This document shows, piece by piece, positions 61,301 to 64,000 of a stretch of DNA of 64,000 nucleotides (position 1 is its first letter; the number at the start of each line of letters is the position of its first letter). Below the pieces are notes generated by a model that was given only the letters and a program-made list of their open reading frames with translations, had not been told where the DNA came from and did no database searches. Location of the stretch: contig NC_083285.1 in NCBI RefSeq assembly GCF_963506605.1, forward strand, positions 70,990,001 through 71,054,000. Reading direction: 5' to 3'. The stretch is from Zootoca vivipara (lineage: Eukaryota). The position numbers and the translations under genes were made by a program.

Positions 61301-62580
61301 CCAGGCTGGCTGCAAAGAGAGGCCAGGACCAAAGGTCTGCCGATGCCTCAGGGATCTCAATCTCCTTGCCAGCTCCCAGCTGACCTCCTGCCCCGCTTGC
61401 ATTGCAGGGCCCCACGAGGAGTTTGGCCTGCGCCTGGCTAACCGCTCCTTCCTGCTGCTGCGTGGCTGCTACGGCTATGTGGGGAGCTCCTCCTGCCACG
61501 AGGCCTTGCAGTGCAACCTCCTGGAGCCTGACTGCATCGAGCTGCTGCCCTGCAAGGAGGGCATCTACCACTTCCAGAGTAGGTGAAGGGGGGGAGGGGG
61601 GACATGCCAGGGGGTCAGGCCCAGGGCCCATCTGCTCCAGCATCCTATTGCTCCAAAGGGAGACCCACAAACAGGATTTGAGCACAAGGGCAGCTCTCCC
61701 CTCCTGCTGTTTCCAGAAACTGGTATTACGAAGCATTGCTGCCTCCGACCGTAGTGGCAGAGCAGAGCCATCCTGGCTACTAGCCACTGAGGGATCCGGG
61801 TGACGCTGTGGTCTAAACCACTGAGACTCTTGAGCTTGCCGATAAGAAGGTTGGCGGTTTGAATCCCCGTGACAGGGTGAGCTCCCGTTGCTCTGTCTCA
61901 GCTCCTGCCAGCCTAGCAGTTCGAAAGCACACTAGTGCAAGTAGATAAATAGGTACCACTGTGACGGGAAGGTAAACGGCATTTCCGTGTGCTCTGGTTT
62001 CTGTCACGGTGTTCCGTTGTGCCAGAAGCAGTTTAGTCCTGCTGGCCACATGGCCCAGAAAGCTGTCTGTGGACAAACGCTGGCTCCCTCAGCCTGAAAG
62101 TGAGATGAGCACCACAACCCCATCGTCGCCTTTGACTGGATTTAACCGTCCAGGGGTCCTTTACCTTTACTAGCCATTGATAACCCTCTCCCCTGTGAGT
62201 TCCTCTAATTCTGTTCTTGAGCCATCCCAGTTGGGGGCCATTGTTGCCTCCCGTGGCAGGGAGTTCCACAGTCTGCACTGCGCGAAAAAGCCATTTCTTT
62301 CACCTGTCTTGAATCTCCCAACGTCTGTTGTTGTTGGATGCCCACCACTTTCCCGCCGTCATTTCGCTTTCCAGGCCGCGGCAAGAGCTTTTGGTGCCTG
62401 ACTTCGGAAGGGACCTTCAGCCCCTGGGGGAAGTTTGCCTTGAATTTCTGCGTCGAGATCCGAGGGAACAACCTCCTGGCCGTGCTGGGCCCCAACGGGT
62501 ACTTCCTGCGTGCGGACAGGGAGGGCTGCCTCGTGGCCGACAGCGAGGAGGTGACCTACGAGTGCCTCTGGGAGTTCTAG
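55393..62580 (+). CDS. FSCN3: Fascin-3 (testis fascin), 483 aa
   Basis: Exons 55393-55491, 56453-57149, 59750-59868, 60074-60233, 61408-61578, 62375-62580 (1452 nt, in frame). Motifs [53 protein letters not shown]-terminal ECLWEF. Adjacent to GCC1 as in mammals. An extra upstream coding exon cannot be excluded (cag at 55388-55390). Confidence 0.93.
55609..55873. mobile_element. hAT (Charlie-like) MITE in FSCN3 intron 1
   Basis: CAGGCATGTCCAAA / TTTGGACACCCCTG; flanks GCAATGGC / CTAATGGC (6/8). Confidence 0.7.
57495..57950 (-). mobile_element. L2 3' fragment
   Basis: Homologous to 40-230 plus the shared L2 3'UTR (GGGTTTCCCCAGCCACTCTGGG), also seen at ~16620, ~40100 and ~56040. Confidence 0.8.
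58445..59631 (-). mobile_element. Solo LTR (outer) containing a second solo LTR of the same family (58528-59095)
   Basis: Outer TSD AAATC (58440-58444 / 59632-59636); inner TSD AGCAG (58523-58527 / 59096-59100); inner termini TGTGGG/CCCACA. Confidence 0.87.
60500..60785 (+). mobile_element. L1 RT fragment
   Basis: [17 protein letters not shown]...[17 protein letters not shown]...AEKAFD. Confidence 0.82.
61791..62170 (+). mobile_element. Sauria SINE
   Basis: GGGTGACGCTGTGGTCTAAACCACTGAG head, GGTTTGAATCC B-box, (ACCTTT)n tail. Confidence 0.9.
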
Positions 62581-63630
62581 GTCTCAGGCAGGTGAGAAGA
62601 AGGGGGGCAGTCACCTTGGCAGGGTTGGGAGTGGAAGAGGCAAGGAGCCCGGCAGAGATGGGAGGGCAGAGAGATATGGGCCCCTCCCCACGCCCGAGAG
62701 ACGTCCAACGCTCCTTGCTCACTCAGCCACCAGCACAGACCCCAGACCCCGCTGTGGCACCTGGAGGGGTGTGTGACGTTTTTGGCTTGCAGATCCCCAG
62801 ATGCAGTTCGGACTCCCCTGGAGGTCTCTCTGCCACCAAAGGCTCCAGGACCACCCACTGCGTGTCAACAGAGACAGAAGCAGAGCCAGGGGGTGGGGTG
62901 GGGGGTGACACCCAGGGCAGAACGCACCCCCTGCACCACCCCTTCCTCCGCCAGTGAACAGAGATCCGAGATCCGAACTGGTTCCTGATTTGCTACTGGG
63001 CCATGTTCAAGGTGTTACTTTTAGTCTTGTTAACAAAAGTGGGGGTGCCTGCTCCCCTCTCTGCCAAGCAGTGGCAAAAGCCCTTGGGGTCCCAGGCACC
63101 CACCTGGGGTCTGTGCTCATCTAGAGGAATAGAAGATGCAGCGGAGACTGTCGTGGCTTTAAGATATATGGTTTATTCACCTGTTTACACCTTCAGTCTG
63201 CATGGAGGGAGTCCAGAACTTACAGCTTGTTCCCCAAAGCAGAGCAGAGTTTATGGGGCTCTCTCAGCTCCTCTTCCTGCTTCTTCTCAGCAACCCTTCC
63301 TGCCTGACCCCCTTTTGCTGTCACCTCCGGCACAGTTACCCCGACAGCCTTTCAAACCCCTGTCTCTGTTCACCCCTCAGGGCAAGGGGGGCACGCAGCT
63401 CTCCTGTAATCTTAATGTCCCTCACTTGCTCCTTAGTGTTCCTTGATGGCCAGGAACACAGGAATCCCCCCTCAGCTTGTGCTTTGATCCTAGCATTTAT
63501 TCATTTTCAGGCTGCAGGCTTTTCACATTGTGAACGGGACTCCGGAACGGATCCCGTTTGCGGCCGGAGGTTCCACTGTATACACAATGTGTTATCAGTG
63601 TCATTTGTATTAGTATTTTGCTAGGCTATA

Positions 63631-63890
63631 CAGTGGTACCTCGGTTTTCGAACGTAATCTGTTCTGGAAGACTGTTCATCTTCCAAAACATTTGAAAACC
63701 GAGGCGCAAAGGGAGAGTGTCAATTTCAATGGTGAAGACTGGAAAACATGCAGCGGAAGCCGTTCGACTTCCAAGGCGCGTTCGTAAATGGAAGCAATTA
63801 TTGATAGGGACAGGAGAAACTTTCGGGTTTTCGGCATTCAAAAGCTGAAACGTTTGGCTTCAGAGATGCTCAAAAACTGAGGTTCCACTG
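63631..63890. mobile_element. Tigger/pogo-type MITE
   Basis: TA|CAGTGGTACCTCGGTTTT ... AAAACTGAGGTTCCACTG|TA. Confidence 0.87.
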
Positions 63891-64000
63891 TACAATAAAG
63901 CTCAGAAAAACTTGGGACCAGTTTCCCTGTGAGGTGGCCTGGCTCCACTTGACCCCATTGATTGGGGAGAATAAGAATAAGAATTTATTATTTATACCCT

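Overview
Vertebrate genomic DNA from a squamate reptile, most likely a lacertid lizard (inferred from the Sauria SINE, BovB, CR1, L2, L1 and Penelope content); nothing prokaryotic, no CRISPR. Five spliced genes were reconstructed by hand: (1) a 22-finger C2H2 zinc-finger gene with no visible KRAB/SCAN (minus, 7988-9973); (2) a 5-exon SCAN-KRAB-10xC2H2 gene (plus, 24690-30530, 612 aa); (3) a 12-exon, 370-aa orphan 7TM receptor-like gene of the TMEM116/GPR157/GPR143/cAR type (minus, 38900-45440), which the ORF track shows only in fragments; (4) GCC1 (minus, 787 aa); (5) FSCN3 (plus, 483 aa, with a GC-AG intron), head-to-head with GCC1 and without the ARF5 gene that lies between them in human. 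The rest is dense, nested transposons. Notable ones are a 5.06-kb TSD-flanked, poly(A)-tailed L1-ended insert carrying an antisense, catalytically dead Copia gag-pol; Penelope hammerhead-ribozyme mini-elements; a Helitron; a hAT element with a CpG-island-like interior; and an LTR-in-LTR-in-SINE stack. There is one 136-nt assembly gap (19930-20065). Family names come from recalled motifs, not from database searches.
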